Below are positions 34,954 through 46,145 of a stretch of DNA of 61,059 bases, one piece after another. Below the pieces are notes generated by a model, which saw nothing but the letters and a program-made list of their open reading frames with translations, ran no database searches and was not told where the DNA came from. This stretch comes from Craspedostauros australis (lineage: Eukaryota), in contig JALAGF010005986.1 of NCBI GenBank assembly GCA_030167865.1, positions 1 to 61,059 on the forward strand. Direction: 5' to 3'. The first letter of the stretch is position 1; each line of letters begins with the position of its first letter. A program made the position numbers and the translations under genes.

Positions 34954-35693
34954 GTATGATGTGGTCGGGCTCCACGAGTAGTTGCAAAACATGATTGCAC
35001 ATGATTCAAAAACGTACGTACGTTACAGAGAACGGGTCGAGACGAAGCCGAAACGGAGGGATGCAGAAGAGCACACATTCAGTTCGGCAGTCAAGCAGGC
35101 ACGATCTGCATACACAACACACAACGAATGTGAAGGAGAGAGAAAGAGAGAATCGGCGCGGAGTAAAGCAGTGCGCTCTTGTTTGAGAAAGTGAAAACCA
35201 CGCAGCCATCTACCCGTCCGAGCAACCAGGAGAGCAGACGGTGTAAACTACTATAATGAATTCAAGATAGAGAGAAAGGATGGCGTATGCCAATGAATTT
35301 GTGCTTACATGTGTGCGTGTGTGCCTGAGAAAGGTAAGCAAGGCGCAGCTCTTTGCGCTCTCTGTCGATGGATTCCAAAGAGGAACAGTTTGCGTAGCTC
35401 TTTGCGATTGTAGAATGGTATAGAGAGGGAGGTATTTTAGTTTGGGATGATACCCTTGCAATCGTTCTGCTTCTGGGTTGCTCTGTTCTCTCTCTCTCCT
35501 GAGGGTGTTGCTGTTCCCACTCGTTCCTCCATGAATTCTCTGTTGTTCGCTTGGCTTCTCATCAGCAACAGCAACGTCATTACGCCCGCAAAACGACACG
35601 TTGGAGCGCTCACCAAGAAACTCACTTTGTCAAGAGCAACAACATCAAGAACAAACACACGTTGCGATACCATAAATTGAGCCGACCACGCAG

Positions 35694-36533
35694 ATGATCA
35701 TCCTTTCTGCCCTCCCTCTCTTTACCCTCACAATGCTGTCCGTCTCCGAATTCGCCGCCAAACCCTTCGTGCAGCGCGCCATCAAGACGCCATCGAAGCT
35801 GGAATCCGTCCTCAGCTTCTTCTTCGGCGTCGACTTCGAAGACAAGGACCTGTACGCCAAGGACATGCGCGAAGGCGTCCCACAGCGTACCATGGAGAAG
35901 CTGTGGTACATGGGCGGTGCGGAGTACGATGACCTGTGCAAGCAATTCATCCCCACGATCCGACAGGCATCCAACGCCAACAGCGAGATGATCACGTCCG
36001 ACCCAAGATGGCAAATCACAGTGGACGGCAAGGTCGGACAGCTCCTCTTGTTCGATCAGCTCGCGCGCAACGCGTTCCGTGGGCAAGACGAAGCCTTCGC
36101 GTACGACGATCTTTCGGAGAAGCTGGCGTTGCAGGTGCTGCAAAACCAGCTGAAAGAGATCGCGCATTCCAACGACGCACCGCCCGCGGAGGAATTGGAA
36201 GGCGAGATGTACCCGCCGTACGTCATCATGTCCATCATGCCGTTGATGCATTCCGAATCTGCCACAAGTCACGAATACGGCAACGCCGTGCTGGACTGGT
36301 GCATCCAGCAAAAGTACGGCTCGTCGGAGCTGTTCGAGAAGCAATTCGCCATGACCAAGGATTTCATGATCGATCATACGAAGGTCATCGACCGCTTCGG
36401 ACGGTATCCGCATCGCAACGACAAGCTCAAGCGCGACAGCACGCAGGACGAGATCGATTGGTTGAACGACACCGACAATCTGCCAATGTGGGCCAAGAGT
36501 CAGGGGCTTCCGGCAAAGCCACAGCTCGAATAG
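35694..36533 (+). CDS. DUF924 family protein
   Basis: LLLFDQLARNAFRG..AFAYD, MPLMHSE, HTKVIDRFGRYPHRN..RDST..E. Start may be ATG 35733. Confidence 0.88.
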   Translation: MIILSALPLFTLTMLSVSEFAAKPFVQRAIKTPSKLESVLSFFFGVDFEDKDLYAKDMREGVPQRTMEKLWYMGGAEYDDLCKQFIPTIRQASNANSEMITSDPRWQITVDGKVGQLLLFDQLARNAFRGQDEAFAYDDLSEKLALQVLQNQLKEIAHSNDAPPAEELEGEMYPPYVIMSIMPLMHSESATSHEYGNAVLDWCIQQKYGSSELFEKQFAMTKDFMIDHTKVIDRFGRYPHRNDKLKRDSTQDEIDWLNDTDNLPMWAKSQGLPAKPQLE

Positions 36534-37778
36534 GGAGGGCAGTGACGAGTCAGAATTTTGGAGCGGAAGCAGGAGCAATGTAGAGTATCAGTATCGGTTG
36601 ACACTTCACCGATGCACGATGGTGGGATCTCATTTCATCTCACCTCATCTACTCACGAACAGAAAGTAAAGAACAGCGTGTATTTGTATGTACGACTCCC
36701 TATGCCAGGACCCATTCTCTCTAGTTTGCACAATGTTCTTCTGGAAGGGGGCATGTTCCCTTGTTGTTCTTTGGTGTGGACGTGTTGATTTTGAGTGAAC
36801 AGGGGAACGCTGTTGACATAGGGTTTGTTCATCAGCCTCTCTCTCTCTCTCTCTGCTCACAGAGTCGTAGAGTTGTATTGTGGCGAACGTCGTTGTCATC
36901 GCATAACCTACTTTCCAAACTAGCCTGCTGCACTGAAGAATCACAAGACTCGATTCATCGTGTTGGTCGTGTTTGAATCGAGTCAATCAATGTTGGTTGT
37001 ACGATTTCGGGGGCTGAATTTTGGGGGACAAACAGACCGCGCGATCGCAGAAGTGAACAAAACCGCTGACGAAAATGTTCGTTCTGGTTCGGTTGTCATC
37101 GGACAAGCAGTCCTACTTCCATTGATACAGTGAATTCCAGGGGGCGGTTCTTCTTGTGGTGCACAATTCGCGCAGTTGGTTTCGGATGTCGCCGGAGTTT
37201 GTTCTTTGGTTATTACCGATTCTATCACCTTCTTCGGCGACGTGATGATCCTATCTGCTACCGCAAGCATGGCATCAAGTGTCACCGATTGGCCTGCTCG
37301 GCCTTGGGGAAGTTGTGCCGGATGAAGTGTTGAATGTCGCGCACGCCCCCAAGAAACCCAGACCAATCGCAATCGTGTGCAATACGAACTGCATACGAGA
37401 CTGGAGAGAAAGAGCAGTCTGCATGCGTGGACCGATGAGGCAAGTATGGGTGGCATTGGCGTGTCCATGTCCAAGCCATCGTGGGACACAAGTAACTGGA
37501 CATGATCTACTCTTTGGCGATGCAGGTCGCAACGCATATGTCACACCGATAGGTCGTATAATAGGTTCTTGCACGATACGTGTACCCGCAAGTACAATTG
37601 CACTTGATTCTGTTCGTGAAGTGTGTTCACTTAAATCATGTGCGCGTACGGTACATACTCCACAAGATATTCTATGACTTTGGTCGTAGACTCAGCATCT
37701 TGAGCAACTGCATTGTCCCTAACTTTGCTAATGGGGAGAGGAGATGGATTATTGCTAGCTTGTCCGCTTGACGGTAAC

Positions 37779-40121
37779 TTAAACAGATGCCACCGAGCCG
37801 CTGCGGTCATCCCTCTTCGGTTTGCCGCTTGTGGATTTGCGCACAGTCAATCGTCTTCGTGTGGTTGTTCGCTTCCTGGATCTTGCATTGACCAGATCCA
37901 TCTCCCTCTTCTTGCGGAAGCCGTGGGCAACCTTTTCTCGGGCCCTCGTCCAGCTCACTTCGGCCCAGCGACCGGTAGGCTTGTCCTTTTGCAAGAACCG
38001 GCCAGATCTGTTCTTGATCATCTGCGTCACCTTCTCGGCGACAGCAAGCTTGCCCCAGCGAGGTGACTGGTCGTACTCATCGTACTGAGTGGCGATCAGT
38101 GACTTGAGGAACCTGTTGCCTTCGTGATCCTGGTAGGGACGGCCTCGACCCATCAGGATGTCGAACTTTGTCGGCGATTCCACCAAAGAAAGACGAACTT
38201 CGCCTGCTGCGTCATCACCGCTCGTAGCCTGGGACTGATGGCGCTCTCCGTTTCGCTTGCCTGATCGCAGTTGACCGTGGTTGGCTGCATGCCGTGGGCT
38301 TGCCTCGCTTTCGGAGTCGACCTTATCGTCGTTCTTGGATGCACTGGTACTTGACGACGAATCCCCATCGTAGAAGCCAGCTGCATCTTGCAACCGTTCG
38401 CTGGAACCTGCATGATCTGCTGTGGGCGTTGCTGCTGTGGCTGTTTCTGGCACTTCATTGAAGAGGTCCAAAAAACCGTCATTGTGTCCGAAGATCGCCA
38501 TGTGTGGATCGTCGTGTCTTGAGACAGAGTCAACCTGTGCCATTCCGTGCATCCGAGATGCCATGTTCAATGATGCAGAGCCAGCGGCACCGATGCCAAT
38601 GATGGACGCATGGTTAGGCGATGCCGATGCCGTGTTCATTGATCGTGACGACGGTGTTGCTGCTGTTGTTGACGATTGCTGGCGTTCAAGCCATACGCGG
38701 TGATTAGATAGGTCAGCTCTTCCGTTGGCATCGAATGGCAAAACGCAAACAGGAATGCCCAATGAAATGAGCTCTCTCTGGTTCTGAGACATGGCTGCGT
38801 GGCGGTAGATACGCATGCGGTGTCCGGCGTATCGTGGTAGCGACAGATGCAGCACTGAGGCAATGAGCCGTGATGCGTTCGATGCGTCAGCCAAGTAATG
38901 CACTGCGCGTAGCTTGATTGGCAAGGCCCTGACCATCTGCGCGAACGACACGAAGTGCTGTCGTTGCGTGGTGGTCATGCCGAAGGAGAACTCGTGGAGG
39001 GCGTGGATCCACACCAAACCCTGCCGCTGTGCGGCCTGATCGTTCATGAGCTGCGAGCACACGTACAGCATCGCCTTGGAGATGGCCGTGCTTGAGAAGT
39101 GGCGGTAGCTGAACTTCATCGACACTAGGATCGTGCGGCCGGCGACGTCTTTCGCTGGTGCAACCTGAAAGGCCCCATCGTTGAGGAGTTGCCGAGATTC
39201 GGCGCACAGATCGGAAAGGGCAAGATCCCGTGCCAGGGAATCGGAGCCAAACAGTTCCAGCTTGTGTTCGAACCAGCTCATGAGTCTCGTCATCGCCTTG
39301 TGTGGATTGTAGCTCTCGGATCGCAGGAACGCCAGGCGAAGTCTCCTGCCTCGCACGTACTGCGCGTCTAGCTGCCTTGCCAGATCGTAGGCACGCCTGT
39401 TGTCACCCATGGTGAGTTCCACCTCCATGTCATCCAGCTTGGCGCTGATGAATGCCTCTGTCTCTTCCATCACGGGGTGGACGCCATGTATGTCCTCCCA
39501 GACGCGGCCTCTCTCCTGCAAGTTCATCGAGTTCATGTCGTTACCTATGATCACGGAGGTGTCAATCATGTCCACCACCTTGCCGTCATGTCCATCCTTC
39601 GGAGCCATTGCGCAACCACCTGGAACGACTGACACTGGGTATTGGTGTCGTGGCGTTGATGATAGCACCGTTGATGCGTGTGACGAAGAGGTGGACACTT
39701 CTCGAATCGCAGCGTGTTGCAAGCCTGACAATGACTTGGTCTTGCTCAGATGACCGCTGTTGGTGCTATTGTAACTTTTGTAGCTGTCGTTCTTGTTGAC
39801 ATTGACGGAGATTTCGTGCGTCGGGAGTGGTACTATGGTTGACGTGCGAGTATGATGACCATACCCTTGATTTCGCGTGGTGGGCACTTGTTCGGCATCA
39901 TCTGTGAACGGACATTTCATGGTGGAGGAAGGCGTTGGGAGTTGTTGCGCCTGTTGTTGTTGAGGTTGTTGAGGTTGCGGCTGCTCGGCTTGCGATTGTT
40001 CGGTTTGTGTTCCTTGTGCTGCGGATGGTCGCGATGTGTGTGTTGTGTGTGTTGTTTGTGCTGTTTGTGCGGAAGTTGCGAGTTGTTTTTTGGTGTTGCT
40101 TGTGCTCTGATTATGATTCAT
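37779..40121 (-). CDS. CRAL-TRIO-like + DUF6824 domain protein
   Basis: EDIHG..AYDLA..RLAFLRSESYN..KLELFG..LSDL..KDVAGR..LPIKLRAVHY is CRAL-TRIO-like. C-terminal DILMGRG..HEGNRF..GRFL..W.EV..AREKVAHGFR is DUF6824-like, followed by a basic NLS-like tail. Confidence 0.85.
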   Translation of the reverse strand: MNHNQSTSNTKKQLATSAQTAQTTHTTHTSRPSAAQGTQTEQSQAEQPQPQQPQQQQAQQLPTPSSTMKCPFTDDAEQVPTTRNQGYGHHTRTSTIVPLPTHEISVNVNKNDSYKSYNSTNSGHLSKTKSLSGLQHAAIREVSTSSSHASTVLSSTPRHQYPVSVVPGGCAMAPKDGHDGKVVDMIDTSVIIGNDMNSMNLQERGRVWEDIHGVHPVMEETEAFISAKLDDMEVELTMGDNRRAYDLARQLDAQYVRGRRLRLAFLRSESYNPHKAMTRLMSWFEHKLELFGSDSLARDLALSDLCAESRQLLNDGAFQVAPAKDVAGRTILVSMKFSYRHFSSTAISKAMLYVCSQLMNDQAAQRQGLVWIHALHEFSFGMTTTQRQHFVSFAQMVRALPIKLRAVHYLADASNASRLIASVLHLSLPRYAGHRMRIYRHAAMSQNQRELISLGIPVCVLPFDANGRADLSNHRVWLERQQSSTTAATPSSRSMNTASASPNHASIIGIGAAGSASLNMASRMHGMAQVDSVSRHDDPHMAIFGHNDGFLDLFNEVPETATAATPTADHAGSSERLQDAAGFYDGDSSSSTSASKNDDKVDSESEASPRHAANHGQLRSGKRNGERHQSQATSGDDAAGEVRLSLVESPTKFDILMGRGRPYQDHEGNRFLKSLIATQYDEYDQSPRWGKLAVAEKVTQMIKNRSGRFLQKDKPTGRWAEVSWTRAREKVAHGFRKKREMDLVNARSRKRTTTRRRLTVRKSTSGKPKRDDRSGSVASV

Positions 40122-42918
40122 GCTGTTGTCCTCTTTGGGGCCCTTTCAGATTTGTGATCCTCTCGTTTGCTTTCCAAGAATCTGATCGATGTACCCAGTG
40201 CTGCTGCTGTTGTGCTTGCGGTCGATGTCGATGTCGATGTCGATGTGGCTGATCCGGTTGTTCCTGTTTATGCCGTTGGTGATGTGCTCGTTGTTGTTGT
40301 TTCGGTGTTGGCTTTCGCGGTTGATGCCTGCTGGATGTGCGGAGCAGTGAATGTACGTACTCGTCCTCGTGAAGTATGAGTGCTTGTCGTTGCGATTTGG
40401 ATGGTTTTGATGTGGTGTGGACAAGCTCTTCTTGCTGACGCAAGCATACGACTACTTGTAGTATTAGCCGAGAGTGGGGGCGCCGCGTGTCCACCAGGGG
40501 CGGATGGCAGAGTGATGGAGGAGCCACACCACAGAGAACGAAAGAGAGCCTTGGCTCTCCGCGATTTCGCAGGAACATGGTGGAGATGCGTTTCTATTTT
40601 CCGGTCACGCGGCCATTTTCCTGTGGCTGATTCGTGACGGCTCAGGATCGGTGACCTTTGTCCTTTTGGTTCGGTCGGGTACCTCTGCATTTCGCTGTTC
40701 TCGAGAACGACCACCCATAATTATTCATCGCGAACATGGGACAGGTAGAAAGGATATCCTTGGGGAACCCCATTCGTCCTTCAATCAGCCCCATGGGCAT
40801 TGGATGGTCTTCGGTGTGATTTCTGTCCATGGGCCGTATAGTACAAATGTCACACAAACACATGCGACACGTGCGTGTGCACAATAGTCCAAGCCCATGC
40901 GGTTGTTTGTTCACCGTGTTGTTTACGCCCTCTTTGGTGTGTGACAGAGTTTTGGAATTGTTCCAAGAGAGCGTCTTCATCGCTGTTCGCCCAATTCGCC
41001 GCTCAAGAACACGCAAGAAGAACGCCAACCAGGGCAAAAACAATGAGAATGCGTGCTTTGTGCTCGCGTACTCCACGAATACAAGTCAATAGCAGCGTGG
41101 GTACCTATGTTGGTAGAGTATGCGGATACTACCACAGCCGCGACTTTTATCTCCATCAGAAAAGCAACGACATCTTGGTGTGCGAAGCCATGCCCGAGAA
41201 TCTTCAGGAAGATCCATCTTCGTGTGTGACTCGAACATAACGCCGCGTAACATTGAAACAAGAGTAGAAGGTGAAACCTCCACATTTCATGGGATCCATC
41301 CGACGCGTACGAGCTACAAGTTGACAGCTCGATCCCAGAGGCAAACAGCCGCTCACCACTACGGGTATGGTACGATTGCTTCGTCGCTAGCGGCTTTCTC
41401 CGTCTTCTACAACATGTGTGGTGAGAGCACACACGGTACCAAGAATGACCCTCGTGCGTATATTCCCACACGAAATGCTTCTTGCTGATCTAACTTGCAT
41501 GTTGTGGAACACGAGGGATCAGCACGAGTCATCCAACTTCAAACTGCAGACGGTTGGGCGTTCCACAATGGTATGGTATCTTGGCTATCTCTATCGTCAG
41601 GAGGCTAAGCCGTCGAGCTGCAATATCGACATCGTGATCATCTGCTCAGTCGCTCTGTTCCTCTAGGAGCACCAGTCTGGACGCATATGTATTCCATCCT
41701 TCACGATGTGATGAGAAGAACTGCGAACGAAATGAAGGAAGGGCAGCGACAGCTCTTCATCGCATGGCAGAGGCATCATCCTTTGGTGACCTTGTCTGAA
41801 CTTTGTTGTTGTTCTCGAACTGCTGGGAACGATCTTGCACAAGTACGTACCATACGTGTCATACACACCAGAATATTCGTGCCTGCAGATCTTACACAGA
41901 AGAAAGGAGAAGAATTCAAGGAAAGTCGACAGAGTCCACATGCGCAGAACAAACCAAAGGAAACCACATCAATCGTGCCATTACTATCAAGGTTTGCGGC
42001 TAGTATCATCCTTCATCGCATGGCCGTGGAGTGCCTACAATCAATTCATGCTGAGGAGATCAGAGTAGTCTTTCGCGCAGAGTACGCAGCGCTGTCTTCC
42101 CCCTCGAGAGAGACAATCGCCTGGGATGCGCCTTCTGGCACATCTGCCCCCCTGCGAGAGTCTCTCAACCCTAATTTGGCTACCGCACGAGTAGTACATT
42201 GCAGGTCACTAATGCGGTAATACGCTTGCTCTTCAGTACACGTGCTTGCATTGAAGAATATCTGAAAGTGGATCGGCACACGAGAATCGATCGATCGGAA
42301 GCCACGTTGTGTGCTTCTCCGTCTCTGTACAAGTCGATGGCTGATGGGCATCCTTGACGGCTTGCAAACTAATGGAGTGGGTTGGGTGTGTTTCAGATGG
42401 TTCCCAAAGTACCGGCTTGGATGAGCGTGGGATTCGCCAGCTGGTTGTTGCTGACAGTCCACAAGTCGGCATGGGTGGAGGCGGAGCCGCCGTTGGTGAT
42501 GTGTGTAGGTATATTTGCCATAATTATCTGTTCGCCGACCGGATCAGGCTCGATCAGGACGACTTCAACGACAACTTCATCAAGGCAACACAAAGTCGGA
42601 CACCCTCATCGTATATGATCGGTTTGATCAAAACGTGGCTTGGTCTTGCGGGATTCATTGAGTCGGAGTTGAAGTTTGGGCTTGGATTGGCCACAAAACA
42701 AACAACGCAGCCGATCATCGCAACCAATCATCGCAATCGATCATCGGAATCGACAACAACAACAACAACAGGTCACCAATCCAATACGATCCTTCCGAAG
42801 ATTGGGCCACATCTCGTCCCGTTCCGCTCCCTCTCGGAGCATCCACCATTTTTCAAGTATTGCATCACACACATTACGCACTCCGCGTTCACACGATATC
42901 AATCAACAAGCTGCAACC

Positions 42919-44715
42919 ATGCTCACTCGAAGTATCGCCGTGCCACGAGCGTCGGCGTCGGCGTCGGCGTTTGTGTTGGTGTTGGCTGCTTTCGCCTGCG
43001 TCGCAAATGAGAATGATGGCATCTTCGTCGAAGCATCGGCCTCGACATCGTCGTCATCGTCATCATCATCGGGTGCGTCAGGAATGCAGAAGCTCCCTGG
43101 ATGGCTGGATCCGTCGCTCGCGGGTCCCGCCTCGACGGCGATGCCCAAGTGGATCGATCTCAGCCGCAAACGACATGAGGAAGCTGTGCAGAAAGCCAAG
43201 GAATCCTACTTTTCTGCGGGATCTGATTCCGCGTCAGCATCGGAAGCTGCCGCATCATTCGATCTGACCGCGCTGGAGTTCGATGAGTACACCATCGAAG
43301 CTCATGGGCAGATACCGGATTTCGTCGACGAATTGCAACGCGATGTCTTCGTCACGAAATCCACGACGCCGTTGTTCACGGCGGACGAATGCGCCGACGT
43401 CGTGAAGAATGCGGAGGCTCATTTCGCAGCCACCAGCGACGGACAATGGACGACCCTGCCCAGCGGACAGTACGACGTGGCCGGGTTTTGGATCCGCGAC
43501 ATCCCGGCCGTGCATCAATGGTTCAATGACATGGTTCGGGACCGGCTCTTTCCCCTTCTGTGCGCCAAGTTCCCCCACTTCGTGTCCTCGATGGAAGATC
43601 TGGTGGTGGACAACGCCTACCTCTTCAAGTACACTCAAGAGACGGGCCGTCGCACAGATGTCCACACCGACAGCGGGTGCCTCTCCTTCACCATCGCGCT
43701 CAATCCTAACGACGAGTACCAAGGCGGCGGCACGTGGTTCGAAGGATTGCAAGCCAAGAACCGTGGCGAAAACGCTGGCGGGAGTGCCGACAGCCATAGC
43801 AGCATCGTGGAGATGGACGTCGGCCAGTGCACGGTGCGGCCAGGCGGCGTCCGACATTGCGGCAACGCAGTGACGGGTGGAACGAGGTACATCATCGGCG
43901 GCTTCTGCATGAACTCCAAGAAGGTCGAGAAGGTGCGCATGTTGCTGAGATACGGCAGCGAGCAGGTGCAACGCGACAGCTGGGATGAGGCGCAGCAAGC
44001 CCTGGAGGCCGCCGTGGCGTTGAACCCGGACTTTGACGGGCCGTACTCCCATCTGGCGGACCTCCTCCAGAAGAAGGGCGAGACGTCCAAGGCTCAGAAG
44101 GTGCTGGAGCATTGCCTGGAGCACGTCAACCCCAACAGTGGCGAGGTCGCGTACTCGCTGGGAACGATCTACCTCGACCAAGGCAAATTCGACGAGGCCA
44201 GGCGTTGCATGGATGTCTGCCTCGAGGCGGATGATTGCGACGCCGACGCTATGATGGTGTGCGCGCAGGCCGCCGCCAGGAAGCAGGACGATGCGACTGA
44301 GACGGCTTGGTTGCTGCGAGTCGTGGATGCGCCAGGCGCAGCGTCCAAGACAGTCGCGAAGGCCTACTGCAACCTCGGCGTCCTCAACGAGGGCACCATG
44401 AAGGAGGTGGAGTACTATCGCAAGTCGTTGCAGCTCAATCCCGACGCATTCCCGCCCTGCTACAGCCTCGCCTGCGCTTACGCATCGCACAAACAATGGG
44501 ATTCCGCGGTCGATCAATTCCGACGCGCTGTCGACCTGGCGCAAGACAGATCCGATGACGAGTCGCAAGCATTGCAGAATCTGTACCGAGTCGCAATGGC
44601 CAAGCTGCAAGCCGAGAATCCAACCGGAGCCGCATCGCGCGAAGAGATGATGAAGACGTTTGTGTCCGTGATTGGGGAGGAGAATTATCGCAAGCTGTCG
44701 GCCATGCGCCGGTGA
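42919..44715 (+). CDS. 2OG-Fe(II) dioxygenase (prolyl/lysyl hydroxylase-like) fused to TPR repeats, with signal peptide
   Basis: YLFKY..HTD..LN..YQGGGT.F..RHCG..V.GGTRYIIGGF supplies HxD..H..R; several C-terminal TPRs (AYSLG, AYCNLG, YSLA); hydrophobic N-terminus FVLVLAAFACVA. Confidence 0.88.
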   Translation: MLTRSIAVPRASASASAFVLVLAAFACVANENDGIFVEASASTSSSSSSSSGASGMQKLPGWLDPSLAGPASTAMPKWIDLSRKRHEEAVQKAKESYFSAGSDSASASEAAASFDLTALEFDEYTIEAHGQIPDFVDELQRDVFVTKSTTPLFTADECADVVKNAEAHFAATSDGQWTTLPSGQYDVAGFWIRDIPAVHQWFNDMVRDRLFPLLCAKFPHFVSSMEDLVVDNAYLFKYTQETGRRTDVHTDSGCLSFTIALNPNDEYQGGGTWFEGLQAKNRGENAGGSADSHSSIVEMDVGQCTVRPGGVRHCGNAVTGGTRYIIGGFCMNSKKVEKVRMLLRYGSEQVQRDSWDEAQQALEAAVALNPDFDGPYSHLADLLQKKGETSKAQKVLEHCLEHVNPNSGEVAYSLGTIYLDQGKFDEARRCMDVCLEADDCDADAMMVCAQAAARKQDDATETAWLLRVVDAPGAASKTVAKAYCNLGVLNEGTMKEVEYYRKSLQLNPDAFPPCYSLACAYASHKQWDSAVDQFRRAVDLAQDRSDDESQALQNLYRVAMAKLQAENPTGAASREEMMKTFVSVIGEENYRKLSAMRR

Positions 44716-45215
44716 TGCATTCATTCATGCGCCAGTACTACTAGTAACGAGAAAGCTCTGCCATGGCTCGTAGAGTAGCTGTTTAGTTCAAGCGAGTAGG
44801 TTCGATTGAGGAGACATGTTGCTGGTGCATGGAGTACTGGCCATGGTACATACGATCGCGCTGTCGCTCATTTGCATGTGTATGGTCCCATGAAGGGATA
44901 GCACTCTGTCAGGATGCAAGGGACCTACTCGTAAAATAACAGAATGTCTGAGCGAATTGGAGTGTCCTATGGAGCTTGGCGTTGCTTGCTTTGGGAAATG
45001 CAGAGAGGGATAGGCATTGGTATTGATAATTGGGTAGATTATTGAAGGCAGAATAGGAATAATCGGTACGTAAAGTGGAATACGAACTAGAGTGGAGTGG
45101 GATGGACCACAGAATGATGCCAATAGTCGCGTGAGCGAGTAAGCACCTAGCAATCGAATCTTGTGTTTTGGCGAAATGACTGTGTTGCCTTTTCCGAGTC
45201 GATCGATTAGGCCCT

Positions 45216-46145
45216 TCATGCTGCTGGAGCGGATTGGTCCTCGCCGTTGGTTCGAGAGAGGGCGTTGTGAGCAGCCAGGAAGAACGTTTCCAGCTTCGAT
45301 GATGATGTCATGGAATGACTCATCCTGCTTCGGCGGCAGTCGATGGTGTATATGCAGATCGAGAGCATGTGCTCGTACAGGTGGTGCGCGGCCTCCGTGT
45401 GGCCTCGGCTGTTGTAGATGACAGCCAGGTTGTTGGCGACGGCAAGGGCGAAGATAGTGTTGTCATCCGCGTTCAGGCCCTGCTCTATCTGGATCGCGTT
45501 GGCGAGTCTGTACAGAGAGACTGCCTTTTGCAGGTACACGTCGCACAGGTTGCGGTTGGTGTGTTCGTACTGCATGGCCTGCAAGTGCTTCGCGAGGGCG
45601 AGGTTGTAGATGAGGCCGGTGGATGCGCATTGGGAGATGATGGCATCATCATCGGTGATGGGCAAGACCACCGCGCGAGTGCACATGGTTGGTGCGTGCT
45701 GTGGGGCGTGGACATGCGAGCTCATATCTTTGAGGTAGCTCGTGCCTTCGTTTGTTGCTGCGGCTAGTACTGATGAAGGAGAAGTCGCTGCGCATTCGCT
45801 TGTGTATGGAGTGCCGCATCGTAGTTGGATGGGCTCGCACATCCATTCATCCATTCCACACGACAGTTCGTCACATGATGGGTTCGTGTACAGAGCTGTC
45901 TTGACCAAGGTCAATGCGTTTGTGAGGTGGTGGACGGCTTCGAGGTAATGCCCTTGCTCCAGATGGAGGAGACCTTGGTTGTTCAGCATGGCGATTGTCG
46001 ACGACATGGTGATGAATGCGGCTGCTTCGCAGATCATGTTTGCTGGTGAGGAACCGCACTCATCGTGGCAGAACTCATCATGACAAGGCCTCTGTTGAGT
46101 GCGGCTGGATTGGCAGGGCATTGCGGTGGTACGGTGTGCGCTCAT
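45216..46145 (-). CDS. diatom-type TPR-like helical protein
   Basis: LNNQG..LEQGHYLEA, IYNLALAKHL, KAVSLYRLA, LAVANNLAVIY and terminal APAA; pattern of an expanded diatom family. Confidence 0.75.
   Translation of the reverse strand: MSAHRTTAMPCQSSRTQQRPCHDEFCHDECGSSPANMICEAAAFITMSSTIAMLNNQGLLHLEQGHYLEAVHHLTNALTLVKTALYTNPSCDELSCGMDEWMCEPIQLRCGTPYTSECAATSPSSVLAAATNEGTSYLKDMSSHVHAPQHAPTMCTRAVVLPITDDDAIISQCASTGLIYNLALAKHLQAMQYEHTNRNLCDVYLQKAVSLYRLANAIQIEQGLNADDNTIFALAVANNLAVIYNSRGHTEAAHHLYEHMLSICIYTIDCRRSRMSHSMTSSSKLETFFLAAHNALSRTNGEDQSAPAA

Noticed and set aside
40200..42900. Short ORFs between the DUF6824 and oxygenase genes
   Set aside because: No recognisable motifs or consistent coding bias; treated as intergenic or UTR.
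43255..44724. Long antisense ORF (489 aa), and similar ones at 24046-25023, 34114-34992, 35622-36578 and 53648-54739
   Set aside because: Shadows of GC3-rich sense genes; no motifs of their own.
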